Assembly: GCA_032718475.1 (NCBI GenBank)
Contig: JAUCBJ010000991.1
Coordinates: 1-34,767 of the forward strand
Length of the DNA: 34,767 nucleotides
Source: Nemertoderma westbladi
Lineage: Eukaryota > Animalia > Xenacoelomorpha
Direction of reading: 5' to 3'
Numbering within the stretch: the first letter of the stretch is position 1; every line of letters starts with the position of its first letter. Below are positions 1 to 12,000 of the stretch, in pieces. Made by a program: the position numbers and the translations under genes. The notes under the pieces are model-generated. The model was not told the origin of the DNA. It saw nothing but the letters and a program-made list of their open reading frames with translations, and searched no databases.

Positions 1-1
1 G

Positions 2-1615
2 ATTTCCTCCGCCTTCGGTGTCGGTGGTATCGCCTTCCTCAGATGATGTATACCCCTGTCTCTTGGGAGTAGATCGACTCATCATCTGCATATTGCTCGC
101 TGTTAACTGTTTATTGAAGTTGTCTTGCCTCTCTTGAAGATTTTCCAACTCTAGTTGGGTTGCCTCTTCAGATGCCCTCCGTTCTGCTTCTGCCACTGCC
201 TCTACCGCCTTTCTTTCAGCTGCTGCTTCTGCCAAGGTCGCCTTTGCTTCTGCTGCTGCCTCTGCCGCCTTTGCCTCTGCCGCTGCTTCTGCCGCCTTTG
301 CCTCTGCCGCTGCCGCTTTTGCCTCTGCTGCTGCCTCTGCCGCCTTTGCCTCTGCCGCTGCCGCTGCCGCTTTTGCCTCTGCTGCTGCCTCTGCCGCTGC
401 CAATTTTCTTTCTGCTTCTGCAGCTACCACTGCTGCTTTCTTTCTGTCTTCTATACGTTTTTTCTTTACTTGTTCTTCTCTTTCTCTAGCGATGCGGAGT
501 TGTTCATCGAATTTAGCTTGGTTCGCAGCTAACCTATCCACATCAATCGCATCTAACACAAGTTTGGCTCCTTCGCTATTAGGGCTAAGTCCCTCTAGCC
601 TTCTCCTCAACTCTTTATCTCCCACAAAACGCTGATAGTCTGACAGATAGATATCAATGGCATCCTTCTTATGCGGTTTCTCTGCCGTCGCTTCACTTTC
701 CACTTGGGAAGAAATAGCGTCCGTTGATTCTCCATGGGTTGAGCGCTCCTCCAATTGAGCTTTCCACTGAGCTGCTCCTTGAACCTGGTGACTCACCCTT
801 TGAAACCAAGTCTTTACGGCAACTTGCAACGACGTGTCTTGCTTTCGTTTAGAAGCCTCCTCAAAGGCGGATAAGATTAGCCTAATCCGCAGAACTCTTT
901 CTCTAACTTGATAAAGCAGCGATCCCTGCTCTTGAGGTCCTTGAGGTTGTTGAAAAAGTTGCTTTTCTATTCGCTCCATAGAGCTGAAGAATCCCTGTGC
1001 GTATCCGGCTGCGGACCTCTTCCACACAGCTGGATCGATGGTTTCCTGGGCTACTCCCATCCGGTGTATGTCTTCCCAGGCAGCTTCTGATAAATCAAAC
1101 GGGAGTCCGGGTCCGGGGAAGTTCCATTGCGACTCGACAATAGACTTCAGTTCTTCACTAGTGTAGCCCGCGTAGCTATCTCTAGTTGACCGTTGACTTC
1201 TCGCCCAATCGATCTGGTGTTCTTCCACCGCGATCAATAACCCAGCGAGCACGGCTGCAGGAAGGATGAGAAGGGGATCCGTATAAACCGCATCCGTCAT
1301 CTCTGCTCCGCTCTCGGGTGTCAGCTCTACAGTATCCTCACTACTGGAGCTGCTGGGCCGCTGAGGAATAAGTTCTTGACTAGCGGGTTGTTGCTGTTCC
1401 GCTGCCTTTTGGTCCCGCTTGACCTGAGCTCGAGTGCCTATGATAGACCTACGATGTTGGACCAGCCTAGGTTCTGTTATTACTACTGGAGGGATGACCT
1501 TCCTCACAGTGGGAGGTGAACTGGATTTACGACCAGACAGTGATACTTCTCTATCTGAGTCGCAGATAGTTACATCTAATAAACTGTCTGACAGGTTCTG
1601 CTTAGTATCAGACAT
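2..1615 (-). CDS. Partial ORF (538 codons, runs off the left edge): coiled-coil/Ala-Glu-Lys-rich protein of unknown function; gag-like N-terminus or accessory ORF
   Basis: Manual translation from ATG at 1615 (MSDTKQNLSDSLLDVTICDSDREV...KLAAAEAAAEAKAAAAAAEAKAAEAAA...EEGDTTDTEGGGN) finds no stop codon down to position 2. Absent from the ORF track because no stop lies in the window. Confidence 0.8.
   Translation of the reverse strand, partial: MSDTKQNLSDSLLDVTICDSDREVSLSGRKSSSPPTVRKVIPPVVITEPRLVQHRRSIIGTRAQVKRDQKAAEQQQPASQELIPQRPSSSSSEDTVELTPESGAEMTDAVYTDPLLILPAAVLAGLLIAVEEHQIDWARSQRSTRDSYAGYTSEELKSIVESQWNFPGPGLPFDLSEAAWEDIHRMGVAQETIDPAVWKRSAAGYAQGFFSSMERIEKQLFQQPQGPQEQGSLLYQVRERVLRIRLILSAFEEASKRKQDTSLQVAVKTWFQRVSHQVQGAAQWKAQLEERSTHGESTDAISSQVESEATAEKPHKKDAIDIYLSDYQRFVGDKELRRRLEGLSPNSEGAKLVLDAIDVDRLAANQAKFDEQLRIAREREEQVKKKRIEDRKKAAVVAAEAERKLAAAEAAAEAKAAAAAAEAKAAEAAAEAKAAAAEAKAAEAAAEAKAAEAAAEAKATLAEAAAERKAVEAVAEAERRASEEATQLELENLQERQDNFNKQLTASNMQMMSRSTPKRQGYTSSEEGDTTDTEGGGN
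183..435 (-). repeat. Coding minisatellite encoding (A)EAKAA/EAAA helical repeats
   Basis: Reiterated gcagaggcaaaggcggca / gcagcagca units on the minus strand, in frame with the 1615 ORF. Confidence 0.85.
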
Positions 1616-1700
1616 GACTATGTATACCGTTGAATGTCTACTGCTGTATTACAGTCTGAGTAAGTCTAGTAACTCAGTATTACCTGCTAGCCTAGTAATT

Positions 1701-2000
1701 AATTACCGGTACTGCTACTCAGTGTAGCGTGATATATATATAATATATTAGAATACCGGTATACTTATAGTATATATAACTATATAAGTATTATTACAGA
1801 CTAGGTTTATCACAGAATACCGGTATAATTTTAGCACAAATATATATAAATATATAATAGGCCTATCGGAATACCGGTATACAGCTTACAGTTTGTAGGA
1901 TATATAATTCTGAAATAGAATTAATTACAAGTACCGGTATAATTTCAGCCTAGATTTATAAAAATAAAGATAATAGGCTTATCGTAAATACCGGTATATC
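1701..2000. repeat. Degenerate ~57-bp-period array, each unit centred on the palindrome TACCGGTA (6 copies)
   Basis: ACCGGT at 1705, 1755, 1819, 1873, 1933 and 1990. Segments 1811-1880 and 1925-2000 align as a ~115-bp higher-order repeat. Confidence 0.8.
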
Positions 2001-2955
2001 AATTATTTTAAAATAATTGAATTTCTGTTACTTTAGGGTTACTTTGTTACTTTACTTACTTTATTACCGTTATTTGAGCAGTAATCCAACTGATATTTAG
2101 ACCTAATGGTTGTATGGTAGGCCTACGATTTATAAATCGTTAGATTTGATTTATAATATATATATACCCGTTTTAAATGGGTTTTGTCAATGTTTGAAAT
2201 AAATGTTATTATTTCTGGGGAGTAATCACTACACAAAGCGGTGCGCTTTCAGTGAAGTGTTACGTACAGGACACTAAAACAAATAATACTAATTTACCTA
2301 AGTTACTTAATACTACAAATTACGTACAATTCGGGTGAGATTACAATCTCTAAATAAATGCAAAAATTTACAAAAACGCAAATACGAATTTTTAGGGTAA
2401 TTTTACAAGAAGTCTACAAACCAGCCTAACAAAGGGTTAGAAAACCGGTTATTACACGGACAGGGTACTACGGTATTTGAAATAATAAGTAGTAGTAAAT
2501 ACACTGCGTTGTCTAGATAGGAAAATGCCACCGCCTGACGACCTATAGCCGTATCGCTATAGGTTCTACGTTATGTATCACGGAGTGTTCCTACCTAGAA
2601 GTTAATAGAGCTAATCGAATGTGCCTATCAACCACTTTACAACACAAATATAATGGCTACAATAATTACTTCAGGAAAGCACTGTACACTAAACCCTAAA
2701 TTAGGTACGAGTACTTGTACAACAAATAATCAGCAGTTAAATATACTTGAACAGCTAAAAGAACCACGGCATCTGCTGGAGTGACCGATGCACAAAATCA
2801 CCAGTCTTTACCTACGCCGAGCAGCCCGTGTAGTACCGGGGTTAATTTAACTATAACGGTATGTATAACAAACACAATTACTGTAGGAACAAACTTGGGG
2901 ACATGAATGTTGCGAATAATCGCATAAACTCTGAATAATAAATATTACGCAACGC

Positions 2956-3505
2956 GTACAAACCACTTAAACAAAATGCAGACTAAATACTGACAGACTA
3001 CTATCAAGCCTAAACAAACCACGGTATATGCAGACTCCGAAACGATTAGGGAGTATGCGTTCTAACCCAGTAGTACGCCTTATTCTTTAATTGAGGGTTT
3101 ACCTTACTGCATTGGCTGCCTCAACTTCCTAACCTTACTTAATCGGACAGATGCTCTACACACACTACAATCCGTTCAGACTTAATAACAGCCAGACAAC
3201 TATCCAGCCTACAAGTTATCCAAATAAAATTATACGCTACCTGTACAGACTTACACAAACAAAGTACAGACCAAACGATGGCAGACTACTCTCAAGCCTA
3301 AATAAACCACAGTACATGCAGACTCCGAAATGATTAGAGAGTATGCGTTCTAACCCAGTAGTACGACTTATTCTTTAATTGGGGTTTACCTTACTGCATT
3401 GGCTGCCCAAACTTCCTAACCGTACTTAATCGGACAGGTGCTCTACATATACTGAAATCCGTTCAGACTTAACAGCAATCAGACAACAGCTCAGCCTACA
3501 AATTG
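2956..3505. repeat. Tandem duplication, period ~288 bp, two diverged copies
   Basis: cagactactatcaagcctaa at 2994 recurs as cagactactctcaagcctaa at 3282; gagtatgcgttctaacccagtagtacg and taatcggacag occur in both copies. Confidence 0.9.
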
Positions 3506-6037
3506 TCTGTACAATCTGATCAGGCTAACACGCCTTCTGTTCAATACTGGCCTACTAACAAATAAAACTTGACAGAAATAAGTAAAAATCTCAATAAAAA
3601 ACCAGGGCTGCAGTCCCTGATTAATTATTAAGGCCTACTGGTATATAACAATCAAAATCGAATAATACTGCTGTAGGTACCGGTCCGGATGATCAGGCAG
3701 TCAGGCCTACTGGTTACCGGTCGACCGGTACTTTCGACTTTATTGCTTACTGCAATAAAGAAGCTATATCCTTTAATGTTCGCGCTTTCAGACCTTTGGC
3801 AGTTTAACCCGCCAAATTAGAATGTCTTCTAGATAATAAATCGCTTTTTAGTCTATGACAAGTATTTGATTCACTACACTAGTCGAAACCAATCCGTGCG
3901 CGACCATTCACCCGCTGGATATTCCCGGGAGATTGGGTTCGACGGTTTAATTTTTATTGCTATGTAAGCCTAATGTATTATTCGACTGACAGTATTATAT
4001 AATCTCTGACAATATTATTCACCTTCGGTAATATTAACAGTTCCTTTAGGACGTGGCGCTTTATCTACATAAACAGAGTTATGACTTAAACTACTCGCAA
4101 CGATATGGCTTAATTATAATCCACATATATGGCGCATTCTTTAGGAATTGCTTCTTTAACAGACTCACTCATACACTATGCTGCACAATACTGCACACTA
4201 ATCTGCCAATCTTCACTGATTTTAGTCACATATAAAAGGAACACAGGCTGACTCATGTAGGGTCTATCAAATAACATTAGATTCACTTCAAACCACTTTA
4301 ACATAAGTCACAATCGTTTATCTGTAACCCTTCTCTCTTACCTTCGGTATATCAAGAACATTGGGTTTCGGGGTTGTTTATCGTTATTCCAAATATAATA
4401 ATTCATCAACCATATTATGAAGAACTGACAGCAAATAGCAGTATAAAACAACAAATCAGCACCGGTATGTCAGTGCACATAGGCATGCAGTTCCGTCAGT
4501 CCGTTTGCAGTTAAAGGATATATGCCCTTTATAATTAAACCTACTAGTGTACGACTAAAAAGCAGTACAGCACAAAAAATACTTCCAAGCCGTTCTTTCT
4601 TTGGCTCAAGACTGGATGTAAGCACTGCACATAGGCATTGCGTCATTTCTCGGAAATTCTCTGTACAAGGAGCCACAAAAACGCTCTCATTGGCTGACTG
4701 AGCTGAGAGACGCCGTAGAACAAAGGAAATCAACACGTATGAATGTCAGCTGTTAACCGTAGTCATAGTAACTACTGTTCAAGAGTAGCTATCACTCCTT
4801 TGTGTCACGAATTGCCATAGAATCATAAAAATATACCTTTCACAATACACATACGAAGGAAATAAGTCTTAGATCCTCTAAAAACACCGATACAGTAATA
4901 ATACGGTCTCTTACACTTATTAAATCAACTACAGAGTATTTTAATGTAAAAGATAATAAAAATAACGGGGCAATTCAGCAAAGGCTTTTACATAATCTGA
5001 TGATCTGTGAAGTTGTGCATTTTCACATTCCCACATTCAGATTAATTCAAATTTTAATTCCAAGAAATTTCAAATTTAAATTCTGAGTACCGGTACTGGT
5101 AATATTTTGCATAAATTAAATAAATATATACCTTCTGCTTCTGTTCAGATTTAGTGGTATACCGGTATCAGGAGTTTTGCCTTTCAGCCTATACTGCTAT
5201 ATATACCGGTATATATCTATATATCTGTACGGTATATAACCTAGTTAACTCCAGAACTCATAACTGGTTGATAGACCGAGTTAACCAATTTCAGTACCAG
5301 GATTTGATAGGCTATTATTGTCTATTATAGTGTGTATATTAATATTATTACATAATAATATTAAAGGTAATAGCGTCATACATATACTCAACTCAGACGT
5401 TATTTCGTTATTATATATATAAAGTACCGATATCTGAGTATAGGCACTGACAGACTGTCTAGTATCTACCAATATCTGGTTCGTATCTATATAAATATCA
5501 GTATATAGCTAGCCTATATGTATTTAGTATTTAATACACTGCCCAACAGCCCAAGCTGCCATAGTGCATAGGCCTATTTAATTGTGTATCTAGGTAGGCC
5601 CTACTTCAATATTTACAATATAGACATTATTCACCCTCGTCTTACTGTCTTATGAGTAATTAACTGCTTCAGTCTAGCAGTAAATCCTATTAATTCTGTA
5701 AATATATTTGTGTTTGCCTAATTGTAAGTTACTAGTTTTTGATTGCAGTTCTGCAGTTAAGTTTAAAATATAAACACAGTATCGGTACATACCTGTCTGT
5801 TTCAGCAATTTTAATCTTTTAGGCTATCCACTGACCACGATTGAATACAATCTTTTGTGAAAAAGGGATATCATATTACGCTTCCCTACTGCTCCCAATA
5901 GGTACAGATTGAGTAGGCCTACCCAACATTTATATTCGGTTCAATAAAAGTAGTAGTAAGCCTACTTCTTTTTAAGACATTCAGACCATTTGGCTTTATT
6001 AGGCCTTTGTTGAATATTTCATATATCAATTTTAAAC

Positions 6038-9000
6038 ATGTCTGATGATAATGGACAGTATACCACAGATGGGGAAAATCCGAACAATTCGCCATCAGCT
6101 TCTGACTTAACAGTAGTTCCCCCACAGCAAGAAAGTGATGAAACCAAATCAGAAGAACACCAGTTATTAGCTGTAACAACGAGACCCCTTAGTGAGAGAG
6201 CCACAGACTCCTACTTATCAGCTTGTATGCAGTTGAAATTGGAGGGTATTGACCCCACTGTATCTTGTGAACGTTTAGACCGCATAAGCTCCGGATATTT
6301 ATCAGCATCGACACGGTATCTAAACACATTGGAAGCGAAACTCACCCCCGAGTATTTCCAGGCTCACCGTCCAGACGAAGTATACACATGGAATGTTGAA
6401 TTGGAAGCAAAACGACAACGCCTTATGTCTCATTTGGAGTGGATACGTCTCGTTGCCAAGGCCCGACAATTGGACACTCTTGATCATAGATTACAGATGC
6501 GCGCACGTGAGCACGATGGCAGATACCAAAAAATATCTAGTCTATACCAAAAATGGTGTGGAGCAGCAGGAGTAATGATGCCTCTATTTTCACCCCCGAC
6601 CTGCACATTAAGCGAAAGCAGTGTTGCCTCTTCAAAAAGGGAGGACGGGATGCAACGCTTTGAAATAGCAAAGAAACATAGGGATCGTCGCCTTAAGGAA
6701 TATCAACAACAGGAAGAATTGATCACTCAACGAAAGCAAACAGAAGCACAACAACTGAGAGATAACATAATACTGAGCTCCCAGAAGAGAGCCAACCAAC
6801 AAGCTGTGGAAGAAAGGATAGCCCAATCTAAGAAACGAGAGGTTGAAGAAAGAGTTGCTGTGGAACAACGTCATCAAGATAATATATTTGAGGAGTTAGC
6901 GGAACAAAAGAAACTGAAAGATATGGAGTTTCAATTGCAGAATGATGCCCTAGATCAACAACAGAAATTTATCCGTCTGCAGTCCCAGCTGCAGGAAGTA
7001 AATGACACCATCCTGGATGATGCCCCTTTTGTTTCAATTGGACAAGAAGGGCAGTCTTTGCTACCAGCTGCAAGAGGACCTATCAGCTCATCTCCAATTA
7101 ATCCCAGTTCCGAGACTTTGCAGCGATATTTACAGCAACCCCTGGTACCTGATGTTAATCGGTTGGTTATGGAAGAAAATCAAGAGGATCACTTGATAGA
7201 CGAAAACCTAGAAGATAGAAAGGGAATGAAGCTCAATGTTGTAACCACCCAACCCGACTTGTCACATCATGTTGAGTTTTGCCCAGCAGTACCTAACAAG
7301 AGGCGAGCTGACGAAATTCCACCAGAAAAACATAGAATTCTCTTAGAATCAGAGGCTTTGAAAGAGGCGAAAGGAACTCCTAAACCTGGTAGAATTGAGC
7401 CAAGACATGGAACCTCAGAGATTAGATATGAGCGGCAGGACACTGAGATGGCACCATCCTCCCACTATTTCCAGAAGAATCCTGGAAGTGGAAATAGACC
7501 ACAATTATCTTCACCGAGGTATCAAACCTCGAGAGAACCAAAGGTTATCTTATATCCAAGGATACAATCAATACCTGTACCACCTCCAATATCCATGCAA
7601 TACTCTACAAGTATAGGCGGAACCATTCCTAAATACAACCATGCTATATACGATAACAAAATGGGAGGGTCACCAATAGACCACTATTCGAATTGGAGAT
7701 ATGAAATGGAGCAGAGTCTGCAGGGTTTATCCCAGAAGATTAATGAAATACAGGGTTTACAACCACCCCATGGGCACTGGGGACATCACATAAGTCAGCT
7801 AGCCAAGAACATGGACATACGGTTAAAGGACCTTCGGAAGAGTTGCTTTGATCATGTGGATAGGATCCAAGCAGAAGTTGCGCTCAATGCAGATACGGCC
7901 CAACTGCCCCCTCATGAAACTCTAACTTCCAATGGTAGTATGAACGCTCCAGGGGGTCAAACTCACAATAACCTTTCTAGAAGTCAACTAGTAAATAATA
8001 CATACCAGGATAATATTGATAGATCAAATTCAACTTCTGCTCCACTGGGTGAAGGGTGTCCACCTCCTTTGGTATCGAGGGATATAGGGATGCTTCAGTC
8101 CAGTAGAATTAATACTTCATCGATGGAACCAACCATAGCACATGCTATGAATAGACTTACGGCTGAGAGAAATCTTCCGAAAATAAAGTTAAAGAAATTT
8201 TCTGGTGCTGCAGATGATTGGGTAACCTTCAGACATCACTTTGAGACAGCAGTTTTGGGATTCCACTTGACGGATCAAGAAAACTTGAACTATTTGATGG
8301 CTATGGTGGAAGAAGCACCTTTAAGGATGGTAGAAAGTTGTGTTGGTCTTCAGGATGGATTCATAAAGGCCTGGGAAGGTTTGAACAAACGTTATGGTCG
8401 AGAGCAATCCATAATTGCATCATTATTGGAGAAACTTTTGAAAATGGAACCTGTAAGCCAACCTGAAAAGGTAATTGAATTCGCAGATGAGGTAAAATGG
8501 ACTTTCCAACAGTTGCATCAACTCGGGGCTGGACCTCAGCTAGATAACACTAAGATATTGAACGACCTCGCAGCTAAGTTAACAGAACCCACTCGTCGAC
8601 GATGGGTAAAGGCACAATTACGTCACCAGCGTCGATTGAATGATCCTAATATTGCCAAAGCCGAACATTTTGTCCAGTTTCTGGAAGAAGAGGTGGATAT
8701 TCTGGTTTTAATGCCTGTTGCAAAGCCCAATAATACCACAATTCTTAATAAAGATATTAAAAGAATTTCGAGGGTAAATGCAGTAAGAACAGATGACTCA
8801 AGTGATGATGATGAGTTCTTAAATCGGATAGTGGCGAAATTGCATAAGCCAGCAAAGGGAAGACATCAGCAATCCAAGGCTCTTAATGCTATCACTCGAC
8901 CTTCTAAACAAAATATCCCACCCAAACCAACTGTATCCAGAGGGACAGGTGAGTTGAAATGTATTAAATGTGGAGATACCCATAACTTGTTTAAATGTGA

Positions 9001-12000
9001 AGACTTTAATAAGATGAATCTAGAGAAAAGAAGATCCTTTTGTCAACGTGAAAAACTTTGCTACAACTGTTTATCAAGCCTCCACCTCCGGTCCCATTGT
9101 AAGAATAAAAATCGTTGTAAAATTTGTGGTGAAGCCCACCACACTATCCTTCATAAAGAAGAACTTACCTCACGTGAAACTAAACGAGAAGAGGCTGCAA
9201 TGAGAATAGTAGAATCTGAGACAGATTCAGATGCTGCTGGTGATGAATATGGAGTTACTGAGTTTGCAGAACATGAGTCAAATTTTATCGATAATGCTGC
9301 CATAATTTCCTGTAGACTCAATCGTAGAGGTGGTCCAGTGCGTGAATTTCCGGTTTTGACCTTGAGACTAAATGGCGATAAGGGTTCAACAATAGTTAAT
9401 GCTCTTGTAGATACGGGTAGCTCGACTACCTTTCTAGATGGGGATATTTTCGACCGGTTGTTTGGAGTAACCAAAGAAACTAACCTGCACTTAACGGCCG
9501 TAGCCTGGTACCAAGAGATGCCTACGGTAGTGGCAAAGGGTAAACTTAGTCCAGCCAGGGATGACGTGGAAGGGGAAATGGCAGAGAACATCAAAATTAT
9601 ACGTATGAATGGTTTAAAAAACGCACTTGGGACTCCCCATGACTGGTTGAGTGATGATTTTTCCAAACAATACCAGATTCCTCTAGCAACGGCTGAAGAT
9701 CCTAAGGTTGTCATGCTCATAGGGCAGAACTGCCCTGAAGCCTTTCGCGTTTTAGAAACAATCCCAGCAGCTTTCTTGGGAGTGGGGTCATCCAAATACA
9801 GTTCGCCATTTGCGGCACGAACACCTCTTGGATGGTATTGTTCAGGACCATCAGAGAGAACATTAAAAGAGAGAGAATCTGAGAGTATAAATTACATTGA
9901 AATACTCACTCATGAATCAGTATGTCGACTACAAGATACATTCATAGAACAGGAATTGGCAGCCTTAGGTAGAGACATGACTGAACTGCCCACTCAGGAT
10001 ACTTACGATACCTTAATGCACTTGGTGACTCATAGTGAATCATCTAGAACCAACGACGATTATCATAATAATGAAGAATGTTCAGCCTTGGATAATATGA
10101 CTCTTGATTTGGCCATGCAACGATGGCTTGAGAATGACAGCACTAACGTGAATGAGGATAAATTAGCAATGTCTCCAGACGACCTCCATGCTGTGGAGAT
10201 CCAGCATCGGACGCGCAAACTTCTGCCTGATGGACATTATCAGACTGGCCTGCTGTGGCGGGATGATCCTCCACAGCTTATTAACAATTCTAGCCTAGCA
10301 TATAATAGAGCTCTGAACATGAGAAAAAGGCTGAAGAAGAACCCTAAATATTTAGATATGTATCAACATCAAATGGATAAATACCTCAAAATTGATTGCG
10401 CAGAATTGGTTCCAACTGACCAACAACAATTTGGTCCCAGGTCATATTTTATGCCGCATCATTTTGTAACCCATGAAAACAAACCCAACACTGTACGAGT
10501 TGTTTTCGACTGTCATGCTACATATAAAGGTAAATCACTCAATACAGAGATACTTCCTGGACCAAACTTATTACAATCTTTGGTAGGAATTCTTATTAGA
10601 TTTCGTGAGTTTAATGTAGCTTTCGTAGCAGATATAGAAGCAATGTTTCTACAGGTACGTGCCCTCCCAGTGGACCAAGACAGCCTCCGATATTATTGGT
10701 GGCCGACAACTGAGCTTGAAGGTGAGCCAAGCCAATATTGGATGAAGTGCCAACCCTTTGGAGTAATATCCTCACCTAGCAATGCTGAGAGTATTGTGTA
10801 TGCAACAGCTGATGACAATGCCAATGATTTCAAAAAGGTCATAATTGAAACAATAAAGAATAGTTTATATATGGATGATGTTCTTAAGTTACATCCAATC
10901 AGTGGAAACTTAATTGATATTGCTCATGGTGTTCAAGATTGCCTGCTCCGGGGTGGCTTTCGACTGGTGAAATTCGCTAGCAACAGCAAGGAACTACTAC
11001 AGACATTTCCACCAGAAGAACGGGCCTCCAATACCCTAGACTTAGATGTAGAGCAGCTCCCAGTAATGAAAACATTGGGACTACGTTGGCGAATGCAAGA
11101 AGATGAGTTCTACTTCACAGTTGCCTTTATCGATAATGTGCCAGCAAAAACACGACGCCAATGCCTTTCGAAAATGCACAAGGTCTTCGACCCATTTGGA
11201 TATGTTGCGCCAGTAATTATGAGGGCTAAATTCTTGCTTAAGAAAACTTGGCTTTTAGATTTAGATTGGGATGATACTATTCCCCAATTCCTGTTTGAGG
11301 CCTGGAGTAAGTGGGAAAAGGACCTTAAAAATATAGAACAATTAACTATTCCCAGAACATACTTTCCTCACCTGCAAACATCCGAACAACTTCAACTTCA
11401 TGTTTTTGTTGACGCTTGTGATAATGGGATGGGTGCAACGGCCTATTTTAGACGAGAGTTGAAGGGTATATTTTCAGTAACCTTTGTTGCTTCAAAATCT
11501 CGTATTATGCCTAAACAGGAACTATCAACCCCTAAGGCAGAATTGCAAGCTGCTGTGCTGGGAACTGAACTTGCTGAGATTATCACAGCTGAACTTACTC
11601 TTAAGGTAGAACAATATTATTGGACTGATGCTACCATAGTATTACAATACCTGCATAACCGAAAACATAAACTCTCTGTGTTTATAACAAACCGGGTGAC
11701 TCGAATATTAAAACGATCACTCCTATATCAATGGCGTCATATAGCTGGTACCCTTAATCCAGCTGATCTGGCCTGTCGTGGCTCAACAGCAGAAGAATTA
11801 GTCAATTCTTCCATATGGTGGAAAGGTCCAGATTTCTTGTGGGAGACAGAAGATGAGTGGCCTCATGTACTGCGAGATCTAAATCTCCCCAAGGGAGCGG
11901 AGATAGTTCCCGATAGAGTATACCCCCCCAAATCTAGGTTGATTTCAGGAGAAACCAATACAATAATAAATGTTGAAGATGATCCTACCCCAATTCCCAA

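Noticed and set aside
155-532. Cys-rich and Leu/Pro-rich plus-strand ORFs (metallothionein- or keratin-like look)
   Set aside because: Antisense shadows of the AEAKAA repeat in the long minus-strand ORF
1701-2000. CRISPR-like repeat-spacer array
   Set aside because: The conserved core is only 8-10 bp, the spacers are related to each other, the context is eukaryotic and there are no cas genes
3882-3943. tRNA or SINE (contains GGTTCGA)
   Set aside because: No cloverleaf or A-box, and the B-box consensus is incomplete
4990-5020. Hammerhead ribozyme core (CTGATGA)
   Set aside because: No properly placed GAAA or flanking stems here; the other CTGATGA hits noticed lie in pol coding sequence
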